Origin: a virus
Lineage: Duplodnaviria > Caudoviricetes
Virus record (IMG/VR): IMGVR_UViG_3300011335_000826
Location: 24,254-88,253 of that record
DNA length: 64,000 bases
Strand: one strand, 5' to 3'
This document shows, in pieces, positions 42,620-52,036 of the stretch. Each line of letters opens with the position of its first letter. Position 1 is the stretch's first letter. The position numbers and the translations under genes were made by a program. The notes beneath the pieces are model-generated. The model did not search any database. It worked only from the letters and a program-made list of their open reading frames with translations, and had not been told where the DNA came from.

Positions 42620-44830
42620 ATGACCCAAGAATATATAAATGTTGGCAGTTCACCTGACGATGGCACCGGAGATCCGTTGCGTACAGGTTTCATAAAAACC
42701 AACAACAACTTCAGCCAATTATTTTCTGCCATACTGGGCAATGTGTCATCATTGACCTATGGCAACACCAGTATAACCATTCCAGTTGCTAATGGCAATA
42801 TTGCTGTACAAGTAACAGGCACCAGCAATGTAGCAGTGTTTTCGCCCAATGGGCAATATGTGTCTGGTTTGATTTCGGCCACTGGTAACATTACCGGATC
42901 CTATTTGATTGGTAATGGTAGCCAGATCACAGGTATAGGCAATTCTACAGCCATCGTAAATGGCACATCCAATGTAAAAATGGTTGTGTCTGGCGGAAAT
43001 GTTACAATAGGTGTGGGCGGCACCACCGTTGGCACTTTTGCCACAACAGGTGAATATGTAACTGGATTGATTTCGGCTACCGGTAATATCAAAGCAGCAG
43101 GATTTACTTTTGCCAATGGTCAACCGGTTAGCACAGGTGCTCAAGGCGCAACAGGAACACAAGGCGCAACAGGAACACAAGGCGCTGTGGGCACACAAGG
43201 GTCTGTAGGTACACAAGGTATCCAGGGCACTGTTGGTGCTCAAGGAGAAACAGGCACACAGGGTGTGCAAGGTATACAAGGTGCTATCGCAGCACAAGGT
43301 ATCCAAGGTGAAATTGGCGCACAGGGCGAAACTGGTACACAGGGTATCACCGGCACACAAGGCATCCAAGGTATCACCGGCAGTCAAGGTACCATTGGAG
43401 TCAGCGACAAATATGCAACGACCAGCAGCACTAGCCTAACTATCGGTCTTGGTACTCAAAACCTGACGGTGGGTACAGGACTTTCATATTCAGTAGCCCA
43501 AGATGTAATCATTGCTTATGACATAAGCAATCACATGACTGGAATGATCGTATCATATGATTCCGGTACCGGTGCCATGGTAGTGAATGTGGACACCGTA
43601 ATTGGTTCCGGCACCTATGCTGCCTGGACAGTGAATTTAAACGGTGCCGTGGGTATCCAAGGCACAACCGGCGCACAGGGTATACAAGGCATTACTGGAA
43701 CACAAGGTATCACAGGAGCACAAGGTATTCAAGGCGTCCAAGGTAGACAAGGTATAACTGGTATACAAGGATTACAGGGTGTGTCTGGCGCTCAAGGCAT
43801 AACCGGAGCACAAGGTATCCAAGGTATCCAAGGTATCACCGGAGCACAAGGTGCAGTTGGCACACAGGGTGCAATAGGAACTCAAGGTACAATCGGAACC
43901 CAAGGCATCCAAGGTATCACAGGCGCACAAGGCGCAATCGGTACACAAGGTACCACTGGTACACAAGGGATCCAGGGCATTGTAGGAACTCAGGGCACAC
44001 AAGGTACTCAAGGTACAACTGGTATCCAGGGTATACAAGGTGTACAAGGCACCCAAGGCATCCAAGGTCCAATAGGTCCAAGCACTGCTATCAATGCCAC
44101 CAATGTTACCACAGGCACATTTTATCCTGTGATGGTGGGCGCTGCTGGTAGTGATCAGACTGCTAATATTGACACCCTGGGATTATCATTTACCGCTACA
44201 GGTAATATCTTCAGCACTACAGGTAATGTGGTGTCTAACAATGTGATCACCACTAACAGTCTCACAGGGGCATTAGTGTCAGTATCAGGCAATATCACTG
44301 CTGCCAACCTCATACTCAACGGGACAGCAGCAGCAGGCAGTGGTGTGTTGATCGTGAGTGGTAATATACAGACCAGTTCTGCCAATGCCACAGCAAACAT
44401 TGGCAATGCATCCAACTATTTTAACCGATTGTTTGCTCAAGCAACCACAGCACTTTACGCCGACTTGGCAGAGATGTACGAATCCGATGCAGATTATACA
44501 CCGGGCACTGTGGTAAGTTTTGGCGGTAGCAAAGAAGTCACTTTGACACAGATATCCAGCGATCAACGAGTGGCAGGAGTTATTAGTACCCATCCAGCAC
44601 ACACAATGAATTCGGGCATACAAGGTGAATTCACAGTGGCAGTGGCACTCACAGGTCGTGTACCTACTTCGGTTATCGGCACTGTGGCCAAAGGCGATAT
44701 GATGGTATCTGCTGGCAATGGCTACGCACAAGCCAGCGCCACTCCGGCTATGGGCACTGTGATCGGCAAGGCATTAGAAAACTTTGATGGCGAAAGTGGA
44801 ATCATTGAAATCGTCGTAGGAAGAATGTAA
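42620..44830 (+). CDS. Collagen-repeat tail fibre / virion protein
   Basis: N-terminal INVG..DDGTGDPLR.F.K.N.NF, two G-X-Y tracts, C-terminal YADLAE.Y.SD..Y.PGTVV...GRVP..V.G.V.KGD. Confidence 0.85.
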   Translation: MTQEYINVGSSPDDGTGDPLRTGFIKTNNNFSQLFSAILGNVSSLTYGNTSITIPVANGNIAVQVTGTSNVAVFSPNGQYVSGLISATGNITGSYLIGNGSQITGIGNSTAIVNGTSNVKMVVSGGNVTIGVGGTTVGTFATTGEYVTGLISATGNIKAAGFTFANGQPVSTGAQGATGTQGATGTQGAVGTQGSVGTQGIQGTVGAQGETGTQGVQGIQGAIAAQGIQGEIGAQGETGTQGITGTQGIQGITGSQGTIGVSDKYATTSSTSLTIGLGTQNLTVGTGLSYSVAQDVIIAYDISNHMTGMIVSYDSGTGAMVVNVDTVIGSGTYAAWTVNLNGAVGIQGTTGAQGIQGITGTQGITGAQGIQGVQGRQGITGIQGLQGVSGAQGITGAQGIQGIQGITGAQGAVGTQGAIGTQGTIGTQGIQGITGAQGAIGTQGTTGTQGIQGIVGTQGTQGTQGTTGIQGIQGVQGTQGIQGPIGPSTAINATNVTTGTFYPVMVGAAGSDQTANIDTLGLSFTATGNIFSTTGNVVSNNVITTNSLTGALVSVSGNITAANLILNGTAAAGSGVLIVSGNIQTSSANATANIGNASNYFNRLFAQATTALYADLAEMYESDADYTPGTVVSFGGSKEVTLTQISSDQRVAGVISTHPAHTMNSGIQGEFTVAVALTGRVPTSVIGTVAKGDMMVSAGNGYAQASATPAMGTVIGKALENFDGESGIIEIVVGRM
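43136..44080 (+). repeat. Pro-poor Gly-X-Y collagen tracts (43136-43399 and 43643-44080)
   Basis: GAQ/GTQ/GIQ/GIT triplets. DNA units such as GGCACACAA, GGTATCCAA. Confidence 0.9.
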
Positions 44831-44834
44831 CGCC

Positions 44835-47800
44835 ATGGCACAACCAGTCTGGATCACAGATGCAGGTAGTTTGGGCACAATACCGGAAGGTATTTTTTAT
44901 CAGGTCCCTTTGTTGGCCTACGACCCAGCCGATCCCGAAGGCCGAAATGTTTATTATATAATGTTGGCCGGCGAACTACCCGCAGGTATACAATGCAGCC
45001 GAACAGGATTGATCTCAGGAATACCCAAGGCCATCGCTAGTTTGCAAGGTGTACCGTCGCCAGTTTCACGAGCAGTGATTAGTACATTTGCTGTTCGTGC
45101 GTATACCGAACGAGTTGTGAATGGTGTTGTGGTCGTTGATCGATTGGCCGACCGTACATTCAGTCTCACCGTCACAGGACAGAATCCACCGGTGTTTGTT
45201 ACCCCTGCTGGTAATGTAGGTACCTTCTATGATGGATCACCTATTGATCCTATACAGATTGCTATTTCTGACAACGACCCGGCGGACACAGTGGTAGTAT
45301 CTGTGGCCTCAGGAACACTTCCTCCTGGGCTCAGTATCAGTGCCCGGGGCCTTATCACTGGCTATATCATACCAGTAAATCCTATCACAGTGAATGGTGG
45401 ATGGGATAGGACAGAACCCAATGTAGTAGCATGGGATCAATATCCATTTGATTTTGTGATCAACAGTCCCAACACAAACTATCAATTCACACTGGAAGTA
45501 ACTGACGGTAAGGACAGTGATCTGCGTACCTATGAGATATATGTATACAGTAGGAGCACACTACAAGCCAGCACCACTGACATTGATGCAGACGACACAT
45601 TTGTTGATGCATCACAAACTCCTGATTATCCTCCATTCTTGGTCAACTCAACTCCTAGCGACCTCGGTCGTATCCGATCAGATAACTTCTGGGCATATCA
45701 ATTCCAAGGCCTCACATTTGGTGATTACACTATTGAATACTTGGAATACCCTGGACTAGGATTACAGTTACCCCCAGGCACCACATTAGATCCATTTACT
45801 GGATGGTTGTACGGGTATCTGCCAGATCTAGGCGCCACAGAAATCACATACAACTTTGCCATATATCTAATCGATACCGGTGATTCACAGATAAAATCCA
45901 ACCCTTACTATTTCACAGTCACACTGACCGGACAAGTAGAGACCCAAGTGGTCTGGTTAACCGATGCTGATCTTGGCGACATCATCAATGGATCTACCAG
46001 TTTGCTTCAAGTGGAGGCTGTTAATGTTGGTGGGCGTAGTCTACAATATCGTCTGCGCCCGGGTGCTATCCCTCCTACCGATTATGTGCCCGGTGTGTAC
46101 AACAAACTACCCCAAGGTCTTCAACTGTTACCATCGGGCGATATCGCCGGCAGAGTCAGCTTCAATACCTTTGCTGTAGATCTAGGCACCACAACATTTG
46201 ACAAAGAACTGCGTACCACACTGATACAGAATCCACAAGAGACCACATTTGATACACAATTCACATTCACAGTAAATGCATATTCAGTTGATGGCTATGT
46301 GTCTGTGTTCAAGACATTCACAGTGAAAGTGCTGCGGGTGTACAACCAACCTTATGAGAATCTATATATCAAGGCCATGCCGCCTTACACAGATCGTGCA
46401 TTGATAAATCAGCTTATACAGAATTCAGACATCTTCAAACCTGATCTCATATACCGACCACAAGATCCTAACTTCGGTATTGCTACTTCGGTGATATACA
46501 ACCATGCTTATGGATTGACCAGTAGCACCTATGAATTGTATGTGAGCAGCCTATATGAAAACCACTATTGGAAGAATCTCATACTGGGCGAGATCAAAAC
46601 AGCACAGGCCACTGATGCCCGTGGAAATGTGATCTACGAAGTGGTATACAGCGCCATACAAGATGATCTTGTGAACAACGATGGTATCAGTGTAAGCAAA
46701 CAAGTCACATTGCCTTATCCAATCAACGCCGAAGACAGCACCGAAATCACTACAGTGTATCCCAACAGTTTGCCCAACATGCGTGATCAGGTAATAGATG
46801 TGGTAGGGCAGATAAGCAATCTATTGCCACTGTGGATGTTGAGCAAACAAAAAGATGGCAGAGTACTAGGATTCACCCCGGCCTGGGTCATCGCGTATTG
46901 CAATCCAGGTTGTTCAGGACAGGTGGCTTATAACATCCGTACACAATTCGGACAGCAACTCAATCTTGTGGATTTTGAAGTTGATAGATATGAACTGGAT
47001 AGATTGCTCAGTGTAAATTGGGATCCGGTTGTGCCTAGCATGATATTTGATCCTGATTACACCGGTGACAATCTTGTGATATCCAATCGTGGCCTTAGTG
47101 TCAAAGCACCATCTAGTATTGTAGGGTATCCGTCATCGCTGACAACTCGTGCCATCAATCCCAACGAAAAAGTCATGTTCAGTGTGACCATAGATGTTTG
47201 GGCACCGTCTGTAGGAAATACCAGCATAGGCATTGCCAATCATTTATTTAATAATACAACTCAATATCTTGGTGAGGATTTAAACAGCATAGGATTTTGG
47301 GATGCAGGTGATTTATACATTGACGGCAATGTTGACAGCAGTGGATATCCTTCATTTGGATTCAATGGTGCCATAGTAGATGTGGCAGTGGATCGACTTC
47401 GCAATCTAATCTGGATGCGGGTGAATGGTGGACTGTGGAACAACAGTTCTTCAGCAAATCCTGCTACAGCCACCGGCGGAGTTGATATATCTTATATCTC
47501 TGGTATAGTATATCCGGGAGTGAGTCCGTATTATGCGTCCGGCACCGAAGGAAGAACTTCAATCAATACCACAGCACGATATTCTGTACCTCTTGAATTT
47601 GATTTCATTGGCGCTGAACAAGGCGCTTGGGTACCGCCCGCAGCAGAAACCACATTCGATCTGGTGCTACACTACGAAGTCACTACTATTGTTAACTCCG
47701 GTGTCAGTTATGTGATCGGCGACCGGATCTTGATCTTGGGCAGCAATCTTGGCGGGCAGGATGTGCTAAATGATGTGGTAATCACAGTACAAGATATAGA

Positions 47801-48062
47801 CCCAATAACTGGTGCTATTACCATAATAAATCTCACCGGAACTGCGCCATTGTTCAGCGATGGTGAGACTTTTACCAATGTGTCTGGAACCAACATTATT
47901 GGGTCTGGCACAGGTGCTAGTTTTGATTTTGTGGTTGGATCTGGGGAAACAACCACATTCGATGCTACCAGTATGAGATTTGAAGCGCCAGTGGATATCT
48001 ATACTGACACAGACGCATTCGATAAATATCTAGTATTTCCCCGTAGGAACATTTTAGTGTAG
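44835..48062 (+). CDS. Baseplate wedge-like structural protein with Ig-like repeats and an inserted SPRY-like domain
   Basis: PVW.T.AG.LG, G.LP.G..G.I.G.P Ig repeats, TTFD repeats, C-terminal DKYL.FP. Confidence 0.7.
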   Translation: MAQPVWITDAGSLGTIPEGIFYQVPLLAYDPADPEGRNVYYIMLAGELPAGIQCSRTGLISGIPKAIASLQGVPSPVSRAVISTFAVRAYTERVVNGVVVVDRLADRTFSLTVTGQNPPVFVTPAGNVGTFYDGSPIDPIQIAISDNDPADTVVVSVASGTLPPGLSISARGLITGYIIPVNPITVNGGWDRTEPNVVAWDQYPFDFVINSPNTNYQFTLEVTDGKDSDLRTYEIYVYSRSTLQASTTDIDADDTFVDASQTPDYPPFLVNSTPSDLGRIRSDNFWAYQFQGLTFGDYTIEYLEYPGLGLQLPPGTTLDPFTGWLYGYLPDLGATEITYNFAIYLIDTGDSQIKSNPYYFTVTLTGQVETQVVWLTDADLGDIINGSTSLLQVEAVNVGGRSLQYRLRPGAIPPTDYVPGVYNKLPQGLQLLPSGDIAGRVSFNTFAVDLGTTTFDKELRTTLIQNPQETTFDTQFTFTVNAYSVDGYVSVFKTFTVKVLRVYNQPYENLYIKAMPPYTDRALINQLIQNSDIFKPDLIYRPQDPNFGIATSVIYNHAYGLTSSTYELYVSSLYENHYWKNLILGEIKTAQATDARGNVIYEVVYSAIQDDLVNNDGISVSKQVTLPYPINAEDSTEITTVYPNSLPNMRDQVIDVVGQISNLLPLWMLSKQKDGRVLGFTPAWVIAYCNPGCSGQVAYNIRTQFGQQLNLVDFEVDRYELDRLLSVNWDPVVPSMIFDPDYTGDNLVISNRGLSVKAPSSIVGYPSSLTTRAINPNEKVMFSVTIDVWAPSVGNTSIGIANHLFNNTTQYLGEDLNSIGFWDAGDLYIDGNVDSSGYPSFGFNGAIVDVAVDRLRNLIWMRVNGGLWNNSSSANPATATGGVDISYISGIVYPGVSPYYASGTEGRTSINTTARYSVPLEFDFIGAEQGAWVPPAAETTFDLVLHYEVTTIVNSGVSYVIGDRILILGSNLGGQDVLNDVVITVQDIDPITGAITIINLTGTAPLFSDGETFTNVSGTNIIGSGTGASFDFVVGSGETTTFDATSMRFEAPVDIYTDTDAFDKYLVFPRRNILV

Positions 48063-48070
48063 GAACAACT

Positions 48071-48967
48071 ATGACCAGTGCAATTAACCCAAACGACATC
48101 GACGGCACATATCCAATAGCCGGACAAGATAACAACAGTCAAGGTTTTCGTGATAACTTCACCAACACCAAGACCAACTTTCAGTATGCAGCCAATGAAA
48201 TCACGGATCTGCAGACCAATGTAGTGCTCAAAGCAGCACTTACCGGAACAACCCTGGACAACGACATGGGCGGAAGTCCATTGAGCAATGCCAACATCTC
48301 AGACTTCAGTGCTGTGGCAGCCATCTTAGGAACCTTGTCGGGCTCTGTGACCATCAATTATATCGCAGGACATTACCAGACTGTGACCACCGGTGGATCG
48401 ATCTCGCTGTCATTTACAAACTTTCCAGCAGCCGGTAACTTTGGTGTAGTGCGAGTGCAGATCACAGTGAACAGCACAGCATACACTTTAACCCTGCCCG
48501 CAGCAGTGAGTGTGGGCACCAGCAACTTGCAAGGTTATAGTTCCGGCGTGATTACTTTTAACCGTGTAGGAACATACACATATGATTTCACTACCAGCGA
48601 TGGCGGCACCACAATCAGTGTGTTTGATTGCAGCCAGAATCAGGATCCTATCTATCTGCCCAGCACACAAAATCTAGGCACTGGCAGCGGTTCGTTGGGT
48701 GCTATCAATCTTACCACTACAGCCACATACTTTGCTACCAGCGGTGGTGCAGCCACTGCTACACTGGCAGCAGGTTACAATGGGCAGATCAAGACTATCA
48801 TGATGGCAGCCGACGGTGGCGACATGGTAGTCACAGTTACCAATGCTGGTTGGAAATCATCGGGCACAGGATCTATCACATTTAATGATATCGGTGATGG
48901 CGTTACCTTACAGTACATCAATTCCAAATGGTACTGTGTAGGAAACAACGGAACAGCATTCGCCTAA
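48071..48967 (+). CDS. Virion structural (tail/baseplate) protein
   Basis: ID..YP.AGQDN.SQGFRDNF, Thr/Gly-rich beta structure. Confidence 0.7.
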   Translation: MTSAINPNDIDGTYPIAGQDNNSQGFRDNFTNTKTNFQYAANEITDLQTNVVLKAALTGTTLDNDMGGSPLSNANISDFSAVAAILGTLSGSVTINYIAGHYQTVTTGGSISLSFTNFPAAGNFGVVRVQITVNSTAYTLTLPAAVSVGTSNLQGYSSGVITFNRVGTYTYDFTTSDGGTTISVFDCSQNQDPIYLPSTQNLGTGSGSLGAINLTTTATYFATSGGAATATLAAGYNGQIKTIMMAADGGDMVVTVTNAGWKSSGTGSITFNDIGDGVTLQYINSKWYCVGNNGTAFA

Positions 48968-48972
48968 TTGAC

Positions 48973-49001
48973 TTGACTTCCATTGGCGATTGCTGTAAAA
49001 T
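48973..49001 (+). promoter_or_regulatory. Sigma70-type promoter
   Basis: TTGACT-N17-TAAAAT. Confidence 0.7.
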
Positions 49002-49019
49002 ACAACAGCAAGGAGTCGC

Positions 49020-49259
49020 ATGGAACATCCGTTTATCAACAACTTAGAGGATTTGACCCTGGAGCAACTGGGGTCAAAGATCTCTGAACTTCACAAAAAA
49101 CTCAGCATAGCCCACAGGATGGGCAATGGATATCTCTGCGATCAGATCCGTATGGCCATAGAAAGCTACAACGGAAAATACCAACAAAAGATGCAGGCAC
49201 TGTCTGCACCCAAACCTGGTGACACCGACTCATTTAACGACAAGATTGATATATCATGA
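49020..49259 (+). CDS. Hypothetical protein
   Basis: SD AAGGAG, MEHP...L..L..KIS.L.KK. Confidence 0.75.
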   Translation: MEHPFINNLEDLTLEQLGSKISELHKKLSIAHRMGNGYLCDQIRMAIESYNGKYQQKMQALSAPKPGDTDSFNDKIDIS

Positions 49260-49861
49260 ATGTAAGATTAGAATATGACATGAACTGGCGAGCAGCCATT
49301 TGGTTTGAAGATCGTTTGCAGATCAATGACTACTCGGCAGAACTGAGCATACACACCAATACCATGGACCACCAAGATCATGTGACCTGCATGGCTCGAT
49401 TAAATCACTTTGTGTATCATGAACTCACTAATACTGTGTTCATCAAACAGGACAATCAAGAACAACTTAAGGCTCTGGCAGCGGCCGGAATCAAAGTGAC
49501 CACATTGCCTGAGGAACCCATTGACCAGATCATTGGTATTGCGCTATACTGCAAACTCAATGCTATTCTTGAAGAACGAATGATCGTGACCAATGTCACA
49601 ATACAGAGCCTGTTGGGCGACAATGTGCGATACTTGCACAGCAATCAAGAGAGCCTAGGACCATGCAGTGATGCAGGTTGGTGGACTGATCCCGGCCCGG
49701 TACACAGCAATTTCAAACCATCAGCAGGCGGCAAGCGTGTGGTTAAGATCAATAGAACACCCACATGGCGCGATATGGATCTTGGATGGAGTGGTTCAGA
49801 AGAACCCAAGAACGAAACAAACACCGTGGTATTTGCCAAGTTTCCCACAGATGAAAACTGA
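49256..49861 (+). CDS. Hypothetical protein, possible T-fold (QueD/PTPS-like)
   Basis: Secondary-structure-like pattern LTNTVF...LPEEP.DQ....L..KL...V.NV.I. The Zn-binding His residues are not evident. Confidence 0.5.
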   Translation: MNVRLEYDMNWRAAIWFEDRLQINDYSAELSIHTNTMDHQDHVTCMARLNHFVYHELTNTVFIKQDNQEQLKALAAAGIKVTTLPEEPIDQIIGIALYCKLNAILEERMIVTNVTIQSLLGDNVRYLHSNQESLGPCSDAGWWTDPGPVHSNFKPSAGGKRVVKINRTPTWRDMDLGWSGSEEPKNETNTVVFAKFPTDEN

Positions 49862-50369
49862 TCACCTTGGACAGATGATCTTCTCAGAAGATGATTGTGT
49901 GAACATGCTCATGCGTGGCCAGAGCATACATGTGAATGGTATGTTGGTCGATGCCACCGTGGATCTGGAAACTGCTGCGTTAATGTTGGAGGATGTTCCA
50001 ACATTTATACGATACAATGAACTAGTCGTGCAGGCCATGTCTGTGGAAGATTTTGATCATCGGAATCAAGGTCGATGGCTCATGCCCGACGAATACAAAC
50101 AATTGGACATCGCAGAATATGTTCTGAGTCTATGTGAATCCGAAGCAGCATTACAGCGTGTAGGCGAAGAACTGTTGCTGTATCAGGCACGAGACTTGTT
50201 TGACCTTTTGAAATATCTCAAGTTCTTAGTAGATGTGATGCAAAAAAACAATCTAATCTGGGGTGTAGGTCGTGGTAGTTCAGTGGCCAGTTATGTGTTG
50301 TATCTGTTAAAGATCCACAGGATTGATAGTCTGCACTACAATTTAGACATCGCAGAGTTCCTGCGTTAA
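49851..50369 (+). CDS. Stand-alone N-terminal fragment of DNA polymerase III alpha (split C-family polymerase)
   Basis: R..EEL...L.Y...LVD......WGVGRGSSVASYVLYLL.IH.ID.L.YNL...EFLR*. ATG 49851. Confidence 0.8.
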   Translation: MKTDHLGQMIFSEDDCVNMLMRGQSIHVNGMLVDATVDLETAALMLEDVPTFIRYNELVVQAMSVEDFDHRNQGRWLMPDEYKQLDIAEYVLSLCESEAALQRVGEELLLYQARDLFDLLKYLKFLVDVMQKNNLIWGVGRGSSVASYVLYLLKIHRIDSLHYNLDIAEFLR

Positions 50370-50388
50370 ATATCTCAAGGAGCAAATT

Positions 50389-50790
50389 ATGACAAAGAAA
50401 GTTTATAGAACTGCACAAGGCAAACTTGTGGATCTTGGTGCATTGGAAGTGCAAAACGAACATGTTCGGGCTGTTGGCAATATGAATGTCAACGCTCGTG
50501 GAGACAAGTTGGATGCAGATGGTAATGTGATCTCCACTAGATCACAGCAGGTAAATCGCAATCTCAATCGAACCACAAACACCGCAGCTGGACCTATTCC
50601 TACCAGCAGCCGAGCACAGAAAGAAGAAGATTCTGCTGCTATCAAGGCAGCCGAGCAAGAGAAAATAGAAAAGGCACGAGCACAGCGACAGGCTGCTAGA
50701 GAACAAGGCATGGCACCACCTGTAGAACAACCCGCAGTAGGACTGGCTGCCGCCATGGCACGAGCAGCAAAAATCAAAGACGAGGAATAA
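50389..50790 (+). CDS. Conserved phage hypothetical protein
   Basis: YRTAQGK.VD...L...NE...AVGNM.VNARGD. Confidence 0.75.
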   Translation: MTKKVYRTAQGKLVDLGALEVQNEHVRAVGNMNVNARGDKLDADGNVISTRSQQVNRNLNRTTNTAAGPIPTSSRAQKEEDSAAIKAAEQEKIEKARAQRQAAREQGMAPPVEQPAVGLAAAMARAAKIKDEE

Positions 50791-51192
50791 ATGACCAAAC
50801 TAGCATATCAACCACATCAGATCAAGCGCCATCAACTGCAACCACTGAAAGACTCAGTGATCGTAAGTGACATGATATTCGATGCCCGTATTACTACCAG
50901 TGGTATCATCCTGCCCAACGACAATGGTAAGAGCACCGGCATCCGACCGCGTTGGGGACAAGTGTATGCGGTAGGGCCCGAGCAACAAGATGTTGCAGTA
51001 GGGCAGTGGATCTGTATCGAACATGGTCGTTGGACTCGTGGAATCGATGTGGAAGATGAATCGGGCAAGGTCACCCTGCGCCGTGTGGATCCTAAAGATA
51101 TCATGATGATAAGTGATGACAAACCCAACGATGACACATTCTCCACTGCCATCCATGTGGAAGCCAAACCCGAGTGGATGCAGCACAATTGA
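50791..51192 (+). CDS. GroES-like co-chaperonin
   Basis: LQPLKDSV...TTSGIIL...GQV.AVGP...V.VGQW...D..DI. Confidence 0.8.
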   Translation: MTKLAYQPHQIKRHQLQPLKDSVIVSDMIFDARITTSGIILPNDNGKSTGIRPRWGQVYAVGPEQQDVAVGQWICIEHGRWTRGIDVEDESGKVTLRRVDPKDIMMISDDKPNDDTFSTAIHVEAKPEWMQHN

Positions 51193-51665
51193 TCTTCAAT
51201 CATATCAAACAACTCAAGGCCGAGGGCAAACGCATCGGCATCACCTTCTCAACTTTTGACATGCTACATGCTGGCCACATCGCCATGCTGTCAGAAGCCA
51301 AGAATCACTGTGACTACTTGATTGCAGGCTTGCAGACTGATCCCACAATAGATCGTCCTACAGAAAAGAACCCACCGGTGCAGAGCATAGTGGAACGCCA
51401 GATACAACTGGCTGCTTGTCGCTATGTGGATGAAGTGGTGGTATATCAAACTGAAGAGGATCTCGTGGATCTGCTGTTGATACTGCCCATAGATGTGCGT
51501 ATCCTGGGCGTGGAATATCAAGGCCTAGATTTTACTGGTCTGGACGAATGCGCGAGTCGAGGCATTGAACTGGTATTCAACAGGCGTGATCATTCATTCT
51601 CCAGTTCAAGCCTGCGTCGCAGAGTGGTAGCGGCCGAAGTAGAACGCGGACTCACTCAAAAGTAA
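51189..51665 (+). CDS. Cytidylyltransferase (TagD-like, HxGH family)
   Basis: TFSTFDMLHAGH, GLQTDP, ER.IQL.AC.YVDEV, SSSSLR. TTG start overlaps the previous stop. Confidence 0.88.
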   Translation: MIFNHIKQLKAEGKRIGITFSTFDMLHAGHIAMLSEAKNHCDYLIAGLQTDPTIDRPTEKNPPVQSIVERQIQLAACRYVDEVVVYQTEEDLVDLLLILPIDVRILGVEYQGLDFTGLDECASRGIELVFNRRDHSFSSSSLRRRVVAAEVERGLTQK

Positions 51666-51675
51666 AAAGGATTAT

Positions 51676-51843
51676 ATGGAAATTCAACCCAAAGACACCA
51701 GCCGCGGACATTTTTATGTCAGCATTGCGAAGAGTTTTATCCGGATATTCGCCGGCATGGCACTGATCGATGGCAGTTTGATCATTGCCGGAGTGAGTTT
51801 TATCATAGCCGAACTATTAGGCATTGTTGAGGAACTAGTGTAA
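51676..51843 (+). CDS. Small membrane protein (55 aa)
   Basis: Read manually: MEIQPKDTSRGHFYVSIAKS...AELLGIVEELV. Confidence 0.7.
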   Translation: MEIQPKDTSRGHFYVSIAKSFIRIFAGMALIDGSLIIAGVSFIIAELLGIVEELV

Positions 51844-51844
51844 A

Positions 51845-52036
51845 ATGATTGATCGAGAAGCAGTAAACAATCGTATGGATGAACTCATGAAACCTATCGA
51901 TCGCCAGATCATGATGAGCGACAGCAGAGAAGAATTGCTGATGATAGCCTGTGCAATGATGCAACGCACCACTGAGATATTTGAAGCCGAACTCGGCGTT
52001 AACGGTAGAAAACAAATGTACAAGGATTGGGTATGA
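51845..52036 (+). CDS. Hypothetical protein
   Basis: ORF track, in operon. Confidence 0.65.
   Translation: MIDREAVNNRMDELMKPIDRQIMMSDSREELLMIACAMMQRTTEIFEAELGVNGRKQMYKDWV

Noticed and set aside
42749-44065. Antisense ORFs over the collagen tracts (42749..43387, 43772..44065)
   Set aside because: They are shadows of the stop-poor G-X-Y repeat.
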